Shown: positions 38,470 through 51,948 of the stretch, piece by piece
How positions within the stretch are numbered: position 1 is the first letter of the stretch
Layout: the number at the start of each line of letters is the position of its first letter
NCBI GenBank assembly: GCA_964016885.1
Contig: OZ024743.1
Span: 164,672,001 to 164,736,000, forward strand
Length of the DNA stretch: 64,000 bases
Origin: Eledone cirrhosa
Lineage: Eukaryota
Reading direction: 5' to 3'
Program-made: the position numbers and the translations under genes
The notes under the pieces: model-generated
Database searches by the model: none
Told to the model about the DNA's origin: nothing
What the model saw: only the letters and a program-made list of their open reading frames with translations

Positions 38470-40280
38470 ATCAACGGCCACCCTCTCTCGGTCCGGCATG
38501 CCTTCCGCTGCACCTCCTCCAACCTAGTCTACGGACTTCGTTGCACGAGGTGCAGCGCGACTTATGTCGGACAGACGGGACGCCGCCTGGCGGACCGAGT
38601 CACGGAGCACCTCCGGGACATTCGTCTCGGGGGCAGTTCCCCCATCGCCCGCCACTTTGGTGGCCCTGGACACTCCGCACGCCATCTCACAGTCTGTGGC
38701 CTACTCCAGTGCCACGGTACACCCGCCCATCGCCTTACGGTCGAACAACGTACTATCTTCATCTTACAGACCCACACTCCCCCGGCCTGAACTCCCCACC
38801 CTTATTCCTTTAGCGTTCTACCGCCCCCCTCCCCCACTTATCCCCCACTAACACCACTAACACACCCCTCCTTTTCACCGCCCACCCCACACTAACAATA
38901 CTAACACCTCCACTCCACTCCACCCCTCATCTGACCACCCTTCCCCAACTAACATACTAAAAATCCCTTCCCTCCCCTCATCTCCTCCTCCCCCTCCTTA
39001 TCACACGCACACACTTACACCACCCACCCCACACGCAACTAACATCACTAACACCCTCCAACCCCACGCACACGTACCCACACACCCTCGTACACCACCA
39101 ACTCTACACACCCTACCCCCACTAACCCCCACTCACACCTGCATTCCACCCCTCCCCACCTCCCGTCTACTAACACCCACTAACACCTCCTCACTAAACT
39201 ACACACACACCAGTACACCACACTCCCTCCATAGAACCCACACCCCCTTCTCTCCCCACTCCACACTCACTCATCCCACTAACACCCCTACTAATACACA
39301 CACACACACACACACCCTCCTCACTCTAACTCTCACACCTACCCATCCTCGCCTCCCTACCATTCCGCTGACTGCTGCTATGCCCTTCCGACCACTGTCT
39401 CAGCACCAACTGACCACAGCACTTCCACTGCTGACCACTTCCTGTTGCGCGCGCACCCCACATCTCTCCTCTTCCGACCACCGCTTCTTGGATTACCCAC
39501 ACGCGTTTTAACTTCCAACCAAAATCTCCATACATCCGTGTAACTTACCACTTTCAACCATCGTCTTACACCATCACCTATATAACTCACCCACACACAC
39601 ATCCCAAAACAATTTTTTTTATCCACACGCCACCCACACTCACAACACGCTTAAACCACACACACGTGCTTCCCACCACATATTTACACCCTCAGCCCCC
39701 TGATTCCTCTCCCCCCACCCCCTATCCACACACGCACAGACCCTCCGACACACAAAAACACCCCCCACACACACCTTCCTGAACATGCAACCCCGTTCTT
39801 CCTCCAACCCTCACTTTCACATACACACACACACACACCTAACCACACACACGCACACCTAACCACACACACCACCTTCAGCCCTCCCCGCTCGGACACC
39901 CCGTCTCCCCCTCCCCACTCCACCCGCCACAACCTCTACTCACCCCACACCCTTCCACCACCTGTTTACCCCCCTTTTAATTTCAGTTTATTTTGATCAT
40001 GCCTTTATTTTTAAATGTTCTCATTCCTTGTATTTTGATCATGCTTTATTTTTATTTATTATTTATTATATTTTTGTCTTTATTTGTTAATTTTTCATTC
40101 GCACCGTTTCCTTTCGCTATATGTCTCTCCACCACTCCCCTACACACCTTTTGAACTCTCACCTGAAGAAGGGCTTATGCCCGAAACGTCGTCCCCCACC
40201 TACCCCCCACTCTCCTGAGCGTGAATTTAATAAACATTTGTCGTACTGCCTCTCTGTTCTGTCCCTGTTCAATTTTTCAT
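38470..40280 (+). mobile_element. 5'-truncated Neptune-like PLE (GIY-YIG plus C/A-rich 3' UTR)
   Basis: FRCTSSNLVYGLRCTRCSATYVGQTGRRLADR..EH..PIARHF..EQ..IF.LQT; homologous to 47658-49985(-). Confidence 0.9.
40161..40192 (+). ncRNA. Minimal PLE-type hammerhead
   Basis: CUGAAGA-A-GGGC-UUAU-GCCC-GAAACGUC; short stem I. Confidence 0.75.
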
Positions 40281-40348
40281 TATATATATATATATATATA
40301 TATGTGTATGTATATGTATGTATATGTGTATATGGGTATATGTGTATA

Positions 40349-40391
<43 letters not shown>

Positions 40392-40478
40392 ATATATATA
40401 TATGTATATGTGTGTGTATGTATGTATATAAGTATATATATATGTATATATATATATATATATGTATATAAGTATATA

Positions 40479-40549
<71 letters not shown>

Positions 40550-40640
40550 CTGTGTGTATGTTTGTGTGTGTGTGTATATGTATGTGTGTATATGTATATA
40601 TATATATATATATATGTGTGTATGTGTATATGTATGTGTG

Positions 40641-40727
<87 letters not shown>

Positions 40728-42947
40728 GCGGCGATGAATTAGTTTAGCGAGGTTTTTTATATGAAATCGTGTGTCGAAACAAATATTGTTATACTTGGGG
40801 AGGGTCAAATTTGTGTAATATTGCCAGAATTAATAACAGAACACACTCACTGTTTGGTTGGTTTTCGCTTCTCGCTGTCTTTTATATCTGCGATCTAACT
40901 TACTCGGTCCCAAATGTTGCCATTGACTGACCGACGGTCAAAAATAATACAGATACAATATAGACACAAACACATATATATAGTTTACATAATTTACATA
41001 AATCTTTCGTTGCACATCTGCAACATCGTCAGTGGGGTTATATTTTTCCCTCCTGTTGTGTTGTATGTCTACGCCATTTTTTATTCAGTCTGTCTATATA
41101 TTTATTTATTTATTTGCTTGTTTGTTTATTTTATTTTGTCTTCTTTACGCATGCGTTTGCGTGTGTGTATAGTGTTATGTTTGCTGTGTGACTAGTGTGT
41201 ATAGTGTTGTGTCTGCTGGGTGACTAGTGTGTGTTTATGTGCTTGTTGTTATTGTGCTCATGTATGTATTTATTTAACTTATTTTATTTTATTTAATTTA
41301 CTTATTTATACTTCTCTTAGGTCAGTGTTGTTTGTTTGGGTGTTGTTGTTGTTCCACTCATTCTTTCTGTTTAGCTTTGGTCTTCTAATTTCTATTGGAC
41401 ACATTCTTCATCACTCGTACCAACCACCCTAACAATAGACTACCTGTATTAGACACAGAACTCTGGTTTAACACTATAGACGAGAGAGCCCAAATTCTCC
41501 ACTCACACTATGCTAAACCCATGGCCTCCAAATACCTGATACTCAAAAACTCAGCAATGTCCAGTAGTGCTAAGTTTAATATTCTGATCGCAGATTTGGT
41601 ACGAGTGATGAAGAATGTGTCCAGCATGTGCGACCCAACAGAAATGGAAAGACACATCCAACACTTCATCAACCGCATGCAGTTCTCTGGCTACAACCAA
41701 AGAGACAGAGTCAGAGTATATGAAGGAGCCATGGAAAAGTATAAGACCCTCATAGAACTGGACATGAAAGGAATTTGCCCATTATACAGGAGCAAATCAT
41801 GGAATAGCTTAGATAGAGCTAGACATAAGATAGGGAAGGCCACATCATGGTACGACAACCAGAGATATCAGAGTGTCATGTTTGTGGACGCCACCCCTGG
41901 AGGGAAATTAGCCAACCAGTGTAGAAAGGCCCTGAGAAAGACCCACTTAAAAATAAAGGTGGTAGAAAAGCCAGGAACCACGATAAAATCCCTGATCAGT
42001 AAAACCTACCCTTTTAAGAAAACCCACTGTACCAATAGGAAATGTATCATATGTAAGGTGAACCCCCGGATAAACTGTAAAACTAGAAACGTAGTCTATA
42101 GCATAAGATGTACAGAGGGTACTTGCAGGAACATGACAACAACATACATAGGTGAGACAGCTCGTAGCATAGGTGAAAGGATAGACCAACACTGGGGGGA
42201 ACTAAAAGGACGAAAAAACGGGTCAGTACTATACGAACATGCTAGACAACAACATGACGGTAACATAGACAACATAGAAATTAGAATAATATCTAAACAT
42301 AGGAATGACCCAGCAGATAGGCAAATCAGAGAGGCCAGTGAAATAGAAATTAGAAGACCAAAGCTAAACAGAAAGAATGAGTGGAACAACAACAACACCC
42401 AAACAAACAACACTGACCTAAGAGAAGTATAAATAAGTAAATAAAATTAAATAAAATAAGATAAATAAATACATACACAAGCACAATAACAACAAGCACA
42501 TAAACACACACTAGTCACCCAGCAGACACAACACTATACACACTAGTCACACAGCAAACATAACACTATACACACACGCAAACGCATGCGCAAAGAAGAC
42601 AAAATAAAATAAACAAACAAGCAAATAAATAAATAAATATATAGACAGACTGAATAAAAAATGGCGTAGACATACAACACAACAGGAGGAAAAAATATAA
42701 CACCACTGACGATGTTGCAGATGTGCAACGAAAGATTTATGTAAATTATGTAAACTATATATATGTGTTTGTGTCTATATTGTATCTGTATTATTTTTGA
42801 CCGTCAGTCAGTCAATGGCAACATTGAGGACCGAGTAAGTTAGATCGCAGATATAAAAGACAGCGAGAAGCGAAAACCAACCAAACAGTGAGTGTGTTCT
42901 GTTATTAATTCTGGCAATATTACACAAATATGACCCTCCCCAAGTAT

Positions 42948-42952
<5 letters not shown>
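40728..42952 (+). mobile_element. PLE family P1: inverted 3' end plus 5'-truncated forward copy
   Basis: 40728-41395 is the reverse complement of the element 3' end; 41396-41421 is the reverse complement of 41597-41622; forward ORF 41425-42432. Confidence 0.93.
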
Positions 42953-42983
<31 letters not shown>

Positions 42984-42988
<5 letters not shown>

Positions 42989-43976
42989 CAAATAACGAAA
43001 CGAAATTAAATTTCGTTTCGTTTGTAACTCACTTTTGTATGACTGACGCTTAAACAATTAAGTTAGAAGTGTACATCCACATATGTATACTGAAATACTA
43101 GTATGCATATAAATACACACACGTATACATATGTAGATGTACCGAGTTTTTAACTGGACACTTTACTGTGAGTGTTCAGCTAGTCTGTATGTAAACACAC
43201 AGACAAACCGGTTTTTAGAGTCATACTGGTTTTCGAGGAAACACCTTTCCTCTATTCTCCAGAGGGCCAGACAGGAATATTGGACTAGTTTCGATGTTGT
43301 TACATCTCATCAGCAATATTTACCCATCCTCCGGCCCCTCTAGAGAATCGTAAAAGCACATATCGTTATATGCTTTTTCTATGAAAATTAGTAGTGGGCA
43401 GACTAATTTGCATAGAGCGTGAGTACGTACCGGTTCAGCGGAAGCGATAAAAACAAATAACGAAACGAAATTAAATTTCGTTTCGTTTGTAACTCACTTT
43501 TGTATGACTGACGCTTAAACAATTAAGTTAGAAGTGTACATCCACATATGTATACTGAAATACTAGTATGCATATAAATACACACACGTATACATATGTA
43601 GATGTACCGAGTTTTTAACTGGACACTTTACTGTGAGTGTTCAGCTAGTCTGTATGTAAACACACAGACAAACCGGTTTGTGCTTTTACGATTCTCTAGA
43701 GGGGCCGGAGGATGGGTAAATATTGCTGATGAGATGTAACAACATCGAAACTAGTCCAATACTCCTGTCTGGCCCTCTGGAGAATAGAGGAAAGGTGTTT
43801 CCTCGAAAACCAGTATGACTCTAAAAACCGGTTTGTCTGTGTGTTTACATACAGACTAGCTGAACACTCACAGTAAAGTGTCCAGTTAAAAACTCGGTAC
43901 ATCTACATATGTATACGTGTGTGTATTTATATGCATACTAGTATTTCAGTATACATATGTGGATGTACACTTCTAA

Positions 43977-43980
<4 letters not shown>
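42984..43980. repeat. Family B non-coding unit (~465 bp), 1.5 tandem copies plus inversion
   Basis: AAAACAAATAACGAAACGAAATT at about 42985 and 43450; 43678-43980 is inverted; TA flanks. Confidence 0.9.
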
Positions 43981-44039
<59 letters not shown>

Positions 44040-44140
44040 ATATATGTATGTGCATGTGTATGTGTATGTGTGTATATGTGTGTATTTATATTTGTGTGTA
44101 TATGTGTATATATATGTTTATGTATGTGTGTATGTGTGTA

Positions 44141-44227
<87 letters not shown>

Positions 44228-44246
44228 GTATATGTATATATATATA

Positions 44247-47200
44247 GCGGCGATGAATTAGTTTTGCGAGGTTTTTTATATGAAATCGTGTGTCGAAACA
44301 GACACAGCAACAGTGACCACAGTAGTAATAACGGTAACAATACGAACAACAACAACAACAATAACCACAGTGGTAATAATGGAAATAGTACATGTAGCAA
44401 CATCAACAAAAACAAGAAACATAATAATAGTAACAACCACAATGGTAGAAATAGCAGTAACAACAACAACAATAACGGTGAAGTAAACAACAATACATCT
44501 AGCAATCATAACAATAATAATATTAATGCTAATGATAGAAACAACAACAACCACCATGATAACAATAATAGCAACACACACAACTATGACGATAGAAATA
44601 ACGACAACCCCTTAGAGAAACTATTTTTCAACCCAGCTGACAAAACATATAAGATGGGTAATATCTATCCTACGAGGTTACCCTTTAATAAAAGAGTTTG
44701 CATACCACAACAAATAGATGACGAGACGGAGGCACAGTTCACCATAGCTAGAAATAAGATTAGACAAGTAGTAGACAGGTACACTATGAGACAGAGCAGA
44801 CCAGAGGCCCAACAACTTGGGATAAAACCTGTAGAAGGCTTGGTTAGCCTCAAGCAGCGCACAAGGGATGGTGAGGTAGTGTGTCTACCCACAGATAAGT
44901 CTGGTAGGATGTCAATAGATAGCATGCCGAACTACATCGAGGCAATGCAACCCCACATCACCAACACGAGCGAAGTTGCACAACTAACACACGATGGGAG
45001 AGAAAAAATCCTCAACGCTCACATGATGATGTGGACTGACATCCTAAAGCCAAGCAGACGCACTGCCAACAACTTCCAGGCGTCTAACAATGGCATACCA
45101 CCCTTGTATGGGCTCCGCAAAGACCACAAGACAGTCGACGACCCGACAACAGGACCACCAACAAGACCTGTATGCGGAGCTAATATAGCTAGCAACTACA
45201 GGATCTCCTACTTCCTCTCAATGGTTATACGCCCCATAATCAAGATGTCCCCAGATGTATGTGAAAGTACAGAGGACCTCCTCAGCAGAATCAGTGAGTG
45301 CAACAAAAACAGGAGCCTATCCAACTGCATAATAGGCAGCATGGATGTGGTGTCACTGTACCCATCCATTAACATTGATTTTGCTGTGAAAAGATGTGTG
45401 GAGATGATCATTGAGAGTGAGGTGGAGTTCTGCGACGTCGACACAGACGAACTGGGCCTCCTACTTAGACTTACCTACGACACTGACTACCTAGACAGCC
45501 ATGACCTTAGATGTTTCTGCCCTAGTAGACCTATAAGAGGTAGACCCCCCACCATAACCTCAATGGCTAAAAAGACTCCCATAGGAAGGTGGATTGGGTG
45601 GACCAAAGCTATACGGACCCCCCAAAACACTGATCAGGTAAGAAAAATGGTCGCACATGCAATAGGGGCTAGTATCAAAACTACCCTAAAGGGCCACATA
45701 TTTAAGTTCAATGAGAAAATCTACACCCAAAATGAGGGAGCAGCCATCGGCGTCAGCATAGCTGGTGATGTTGCCAACCTTTTCATGGTATGGTGGGAAA
45801 GGAGACTTAAAGATCTCCTTAATGAAAGCTCCATAGACCTCATCATGTACTCTCGTTATGTAGACGATATCAATATAGTTATAAGAACACCCCCACTAGA
45901 GAGCACTAACAAGTTTGATTTAGAACGTAGCACGATGGAAAGCATCCAGCAGATAGCTAATTCCATACACCAGAGTATAACTGTAACTATAGACTTCCCT
46001 TCCAAACACCCTAACAATAGACTACCTGTATTAGACACAGAACTCTGGATTAACACTATAGACGAGAGAGCCCAAATTCTCCACTCACACTATGCTAAAC
46101 CCATGGCCTCCAAATACCTGATACTCAAAAACTCAGCAATGTCCAGTAGTGCTAAGTTTAATATTCTGATCGCAGATTTGGTACGAGTGATGAAGAATGT
46201 GTCCAGCATGTGCGACCCAACAGAAATGGAAGGACACATCCAACACTTCATCAACCGCATGCAGTTCTCTGGCTACAACCAAAGAGACAGAGTCAGAGTA
46301 TACGAAGGAGCCATGGAAAAGTATAAGACCCTCATAGAACTGGACATGAAAGGAATTTGCCCACTATACAGGAGCAAATCATGGAATAGCTTAGATAGGG
46401 CTAGACATAAGATAGGGAAGGCGACATCATGGTACGACAACCAGAGATATCAGAGTGTCATGTTTGTGGACGCCACCCCTGGAGGGAAATTAGCTAACCA
46501 GTGTAGAAAGGCCCTGAGAAAGACCCACTTAAAAATAAAGGTGGTAGAAAAGCCAGGAACCACCATAAAATCCCTGATCAGCAAAACCTACCCTTTTAAG
46601 AAAACCCACTGTACCAATAGGAAATGTATCATATGTAAGGTGAACCCCCGGATAAACTGTAAAACTAGAAACGTAGTCTATAGCATAAGATGTACAGAGG
46701 GTACTTGCAGAAACACGACAACAACATACATAGGTGAGACAGCTCGTAGCATAGGTGAAAGGATAGACCAACACTGGGGGGAACTAAAAGGACGAAAAAA
46801 CGGGTCAGTACTATACGAACATGCTAGACAACATCATGACGGTAACATAGACAACATAGAAATTAGAATAATATCTAAACATAGGAATGACCCAGCAGAT
46901 AGGCAAATCAGAGAGGCCAGTGAAATAGAAATTAGAAGACCAAAGCTAAACAGAAAGAATGAGTGGAACAACAACAACACCCAAACAAACAACACTGACC
47001 TAAGAGAAGTATAAATAAATAAGTAAATTAAATTAAATAAAATAAGATAAATAAATACATACACAAGCACATAAACACACACTAGTCACCCAGCAGACAC
47101 AACACTATACACACTAGTCACACATCACACATAACACTATACACACACGCAAACGCATGCGCAAAGAAGACAAAATAAAATAAGATAAACAAACAAGCAA

Positions 47201-47520
47201 ATAAATAAATAAATATATAGACAGACTGAACAAAAAAAATGGCGTAGACATACAACACAACAGGAGGAACAATGAATATAACACCACTGACGATGTTGCA
47301 GATGTGCAACGAAAGATTTATGTAAACTATATATATATGTGTTTGTCTATATTGTATCTGTATTATTTTTGACCGCCGGTCAGTCAATGGCAACATTGAG
47401 GACCGAGTAAGTTAGATCGCAGATATATATATATAAAAGACAGCGAGAAGCGAAAACCAACCAAACAGTGAGTGTGTTCTGTTATTAATTCTGGCAATAT
47501 TACGCAAATATGACCCTCCC

Positions 47521-47523
<3 letters not shown>
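44247..47523 (+). mobile_element. PLE family P1, longest copy
   Basis: Short inverted 3'-end piece at 44247-44300, Asn-rich coding linker, RT-EN ORF, ~500-bp 3' UTR, TA flanks. Confidence 0.93.
44654..47014 (+). CDS. Penelope-like reverse transcriptase plus C-terminal GIY-YIG endonuclease (uninterrupted; true start probably upstream or truncated)
   Basis: [84 protein letters not shown]; 786 aa from Met 44654. Confidence 0.9.
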   Translation: MGNIYPTRLPFNKRVCIPQQIDDETEAQFTIARNKIRQVVDRYTMRQSRPEAQQLGIKPVEGLVSLKQRTRDGEVVCLPTDKSGRMSIDSMPNYIEAMQPHITNTSEVAQLTHDGREKILNAHMMMWTDILKPSRRTANNFQASNNGIPPLYGLRKDHKTVDDPTTGPPTRPVCGANIASNYRISYFLSMVIRPIIKMSPDVCESTEDLLSRISECNKNRSLSNCIIGSMDVVSLYPSINIDFAVKRCVEMIIESEVEFCDVDTDELGLLLRLTYDTDYLDSHDLRCFCPSRPIRGRPPTITSMAKKTPIGRWIGWTKAIRTPQNTDQVRKMVAHAIGASIKTTLKGHIFKFNEKIYTQNEGAAIGVSIAGDVANLFMVWWERRLKDLLNESSIDLIMYSRYVDDINIVIRTPPLESTNKFDLERSTMESIQQIANSIHQSITVTIDFPSKHPNNRLPVLDTELWINTIDERAQILHSHYAKPMASKYLILKNSAMSSSAKFNILIADLVRVMKNVSSMCDPTEMEGHIQHFINRMQFSGYNQRDRVRVYEGAMEKYKTLIELDMKGICPLYRSKSWNSLDRARHKIGKATSWYDNQRYQSVMFVDATPGGKLANQCRKALRKTHLKIKVVEKPGTTIKSLISKTYPFKKTHCTNRKCIICKVNPRINCKTRNVVYSIRCTEGTCRNTTTTYIGETARSIGERIDQHWGELKGRKNGSVLYEHARQHHDGNIDNIEIRIISKHRNDPADRQIREASEIEIRRPKLNRKNEWNNNNTQTNNTDLREV

Positions 47524-47566
<43 letters not shown>

Positions 47567-47626
47567 TATATATATATATATATATATGTGTGTGTATATG
47601 TGTATATGTAGGTGTATGTATGTATA

Positions 47627-47657
<31 letters not shown>

Positions 47658-47658
<1 letters not shown>

Positions 47659-48034
47659 ATGGAAAATTTGAACAGGAACAAAACAGAGAGGCAGTACAAC
47701 GAATGTTTATTAATTTCACGCTCTGGAGAGTGGGGTGGTGGTGGGGAACGACATTTCGGGCATAAGCCCTTCTTCAGGTGAAAAGTGTGTGGGAAGAGAG
47801 TTCAAAGGGTGTGTAGGGGAGTGGTGGAGAGACATATAGCGAAAAGGGGGTGGGAGGAAACGGTGCGAATGAAATTAAAAATAAAAGCATGATGAAAATA
47901 AAATAAAATTAAAATGTGGTAAAACAGGTGGTGGAAGGGTGTGGGGTGTGTAGGGGTGGTGGCGGGTGGAGTGGGGAGAGGGAGACGGGGTGTCCGAGCT
48001 GGGAGAGCTGAAGGTGGTGTGTGTGTAGGTGTAC

Positions 48035-48065
<31 letters not shown>

Positions 48066-49985
48066 CAAGGGTTGGGGGAAGAACGGGGTTGAATGTTCAG
48101 GAAGAGGTGTGTGTGGGGTGGGGTGTAGGTCGGAGTGTGTGTGCGTGTGTGGGGTGGGGTGTAGGTCGGAGTGTGTGTGCGTGTGTGGATAGAGGGGTGG
48201 GGGGAGAGGAATCCGGAGGCTGAAGGTGTAAATATGTAGTGGAAAGCACGTGTGTGTGGGGTTTAAGCGTGTTGTGGATGTAGGTGGCGTGTGGAGAAAA
48301 TTTTTTTTGGGGTGTGTGTGTGTGGGTGAGTTATAAAGGTGATTCCGTAAGAAGATGTGGTTGAAAGGTTGTAAACTCCTAGGATGGTAGTTGATTCCGC
48401 GGTCAAGCTCCACATACGAGTAATCCATGGAGAGATGGTCGGAAGAGGAGAGATGTGGTGTGCGCGCGAAACAGGAAGTGGTCAAGGCGGTAGGAGTGCT
48501 GTGTGTCTGTGTGCTGGGAGGTGGTTAGAGGGCATAGCAGCAGTAGGGTGGAATGGTAAAGGGGCGAGGATGGGTAGGTGTGAAAGTTGGAGTGAGGAGG
48601 GTGTGTGTGTGTATTAGTAGAGGTGTTAGTGGGATGAGTGAGTGTGGAGAAAGGGTGTGGGTGGAGCGGGGAGAGAAGGGAGTGTGGTGTACTGGTGTGT
48701 GTGTAGTTTGATGAAGGGGGTGTTAGTATACGGGAGGTGGAGAAAGGGTTGAATGCAGGTGTGAGTGGGGGTTAGTGGTGGTAGGGTGTGTAAAGTTGGT
48801 GGTGTACGAGGGTGGGTGGGTACGTGTGCGTGGGGTTGGGGGTGTTAGTGATGTTAGTTGCGTGTGGGGTGGGTGGTGTAAGTGAGTGCGTGTGTTCGTG
48901 TGCTTGGGGTCGGGGGGTGTTAGTGATGTTAGTTGCGGGGTGGTGGGATGGATGTGTGGGGTGAATGTGTGGGGGTGAGGGTTAGTGGTGGTAGTAGGGT
49001 GTGTGTTTAGTGTGAGCGCGTGTATATATGTGCCGGTGGGTGTGTGCGTGTGATAAGGAGGGGGGGAGAAGAAGGGAGGGATGTTAGTTGGGGAAGGGTG
49101 GTCGGATGAGGGGTGGAGTGGAGGTGTTAGTATTGTTAGTTGTGGGGTGGGCGGTGAAAAGGAGGGGTGTGTTAGTGGTGTTAGTGGGGGATATGTGTGG
49201 GGGGAGAAGGGGGGGGGGGTGAAGGCTAAAGGAATAAGGGTGGGGAGTTCAGGCCGGGGGGAGTGTGGGTCTGTAAGATGAAGATGGTTCTTTGTTCAAC
49301 TCTGAGGCGATTGGCGGGTGTTCCGTGGCATTGGAGTAGGCCACAGACTGTGAGATGGTGTGCGGAATGTCCAGGGTCGCCAAAGTGGCGGGCGATGGGG
49401 GAACTACCACCGAGACGAATATCCCGGAAGTGGTCAGTGAATCGGTCCGCCAGGCGACGTCCCGTCTGTCCGACGTAAGTCGCGCTGCACACCGTGCAGC
49501 GAAGTCCGTAGACTAGGTTGGAGGAGGTGCAGCGGAAGGCATGCCGGACAGAGAGAGAATGGCCGTTGGGACCCTGGAAGGTGGTGGTGTTGGTGATGTG
49601 GGGACAGGTGTTGCAGCGGGGCCTAGAACAGGGAAAGGAACCGGGGGGGGGGGAAGAGCGTGGGTTGGGGGGTAGGGAGCTGTGTACGAGGAGGGTGCGG
49701 AGATTGCGTGCGCGTTTGAAGGAGGGGAGTGGTGGAGTTGGGAAGATGTGGGAGGTGGAGGAGTCGGACTGGAGGCGTCGGAAGAGGCGGCAGATGGTGC
49801 GGTGGAGGGGTAAGGTGGAGGGGTGGTAGGTGATGGGGAAGGGGGGACGGTGGGTGGGTGTGCGGTGGCGTGGGGTGAGGGTGGTGGAGCGGCGGACAGC
49901 ACGGGCGCGGGTGAGAGCGGTGTGGACGAGAGAGGGGGGTAACCTCTGCCGATGAAATGGCTGACTAGGGAAAGGGCCTGGGACA
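47658..49985 (-). mobile_element. 5'-truncated Neptune-like PLE
   Basis: Minus strand encodes RGYP, ITYHP, F.RARNLR..LV, PCSRPRCNTC, LVYGLRC..YVGQT, P.GLN; C/A-rich UTR. Confidence 0.9.
47748..47779 (-). ncRNA. Minimal PLE-type hammerhead
   Basis: Minus strand CUGAAGAAGGGCUUAUGCCCGAAAUGUC. Confidence 0.7.
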
Positions 49986-50089
49986 TATATATATTTATTT
50001 ATTTATGTATACGTATGTGTGTATGTGTGTACGTATGTGTGTGTATATTTGTGTGTATGTGTATATATGTGTGTGTATGTATGTATGTG

Positions 50090-50142
<53 letters not shown>

Positions 50143-50187
50143 GTGTGTGTGTGTATATATATGTGTGTATATATATGTATGTATGTG

Positions 50188-50236
<49 letters not shown>

Positions 50237-50374
50237 ATATGTGTCTGTGTGTGTGTATATATATATATATATATCTATATATATATATATGTATGGTGTA
50301 TGTGTGTATATATATATGTGTGTGTATGTGTGTATATATGTGTGTGTGTGTATATATATATATGTATGTGTGTG

Positions 50375-50405
<31 letters not shown>

Positions 50406-50900
50406 GTATATGTGTATGTGTGTGTGTGTGTTTATGGGTGCGCGCGAGTGTGTGAGTGAGTGTGTTTGTGAATGTGTCTGTTGACTTTTGGCATATAGTT
50501 GAATAGTTTAATATAAATTTGAAGATAATTGTATGAGATGCACTCAATATTTTGAATTTGTCTATAGAATTCTCTAAACTTTTGTCACTTAAAGAATTTA
50601 GCCTTTAAAGAATCTCCCTTTCCTTTAAATCTATCAACCATGACTGACCCCCACTGATCTTATAGACACCTGTTAGCTTAAGAGAATCTTAATAATAAGG
50701 AGTGGCACCCCATCCTGAACCTGTTTATAGAATTCTTTCTGCCTTTGTTACTCTAAAAATAAAAATAAACTATAGCTTTGTAGAATTAGCTTTTAATGAA
50801 TTCCCTTTTCTATCAATCAATGACCTACACCCATCCCACTCCCCACCCTCTCCTACCACTTGAAGAGACCTATAAATACCATACTTATTTTTTGATACCC

Positions 50901-50951
50901 AGATTCCTGATGATTTCTAAAGAATGAAACAGTTCTAGTCCTGTAGAATCT
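50901..50951 (+). ncRNA. Type I hammerhead at the end of a ~490-bp non-coding insertion
   Basis: AGAUUC/GAAUCU stem I, CUGAUGA, U-UUC-UAAA-GAA-U, GAAA, A-CAG/CUG-U, UA site. Confidence 0.78.
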
Positions 50952-51180
50952 CATCTATATTAAAACTATATATATATATATATATATGCAAAAGTTCTAT
51001 TTAAATTGTTGGGATACAACAAGCAAATATTTTTATAACTGATATAAAGCACTCGACAAGTATTTGGTAACACAATGACTTACTAAGATAAACAAATCCA
51101 ATATCCTGATGTCTTCCAAAAGTAACGGTTGCATTTTGAAAGGGTATGTTAATATTTATTTATAAAACTGGTATATATTG

Positions 51181-51245
51181 TATTTTGTCTGATGAAAGCA
51201 TACCATAATTTAACATGGTATCCTTGAAATATGCATAATAAAATA
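51181..51245 (+). ncRNA. Type I hammerhead in a ~300-bp insertion
   Basis: UAUUUUGU/AUAAAAUA stem I, CUGAUGA, AAG.AUACCAU/AUGGUAU.CUU stem II, GAAA, AU-AUGC-AU, UA site. Confidence 0.75.
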
Positions 51246-51295
51246 GATATGGTTTTATAAATATAGTTTCCATTTGTTAATATCGTATATATATA

Positions 51296-51948
51296 TTATT
51301 TGAATTAGTTTATTTCATTCTAGCTAACTTCGTCTTTTACAATACAAACACTTACGTGTTTATCATATATTAATTTATATTAACTTGTATTTCACGGCTC
51401 AGAAATGCTTCTTTCTTTGAGCTAATTAATTGTAAATGACTGTTTGAGTTTAAAACTCTAAATATAATATAATATTACGGCTCCTTCGGTAGAGCTAATT
51501 TTAATCCCATATAAACGGCTGTTATTTCTAGCGCCATGAATATGAGATAGCTAGTGAGCTGGAAAAACCGAGTGCAAAACCTCGTGCGTTTTGTGCTCGT
51601 GAACCAGACCTTCAAAATTTTTTCGAGGTGAAGTAACCTAATTTTTCTGGGTACCTGTTGATAAGCACAGAGAATTGATTATTTCATTTTTTATACTATC
51701 GTTTGCGAAACTTGTTTGGATTTTGAAGTTCAGATTGATCTGCGGAAAAGGTTTGGATTTTGAAATTTAAATTTGTCCAGGTACCATTTAAATTTGCCAA
51801 TATGAGTTTGGGTCTATTGATTTATTATTTTAAATCGATACAGGCAAACTCTATTTATTTGAATTAGTTTATTTCATTCTAGCTAACTTCGTCTTTTACA
51901 ATACAAACACTTACGTGTTTATCATATATTAATTTATATTAACTTGTA
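51296..51948 (-). repeat. Family E non-coding unit (560 bp) plus partial tandem copy
   Basis: TATTTGAATTAGTTTATTTCATTCTAGC recurs with a 560-bp period; shares motifs with families C and D on the minus strand. Confidence 0.8.

Noticed and set aside
43919-44300. N-terminal part of the 1031-aa ORF
   Set aside because: Read-through of TA/TG microsatellite and an inverted UTR piece; not real coding sequence.
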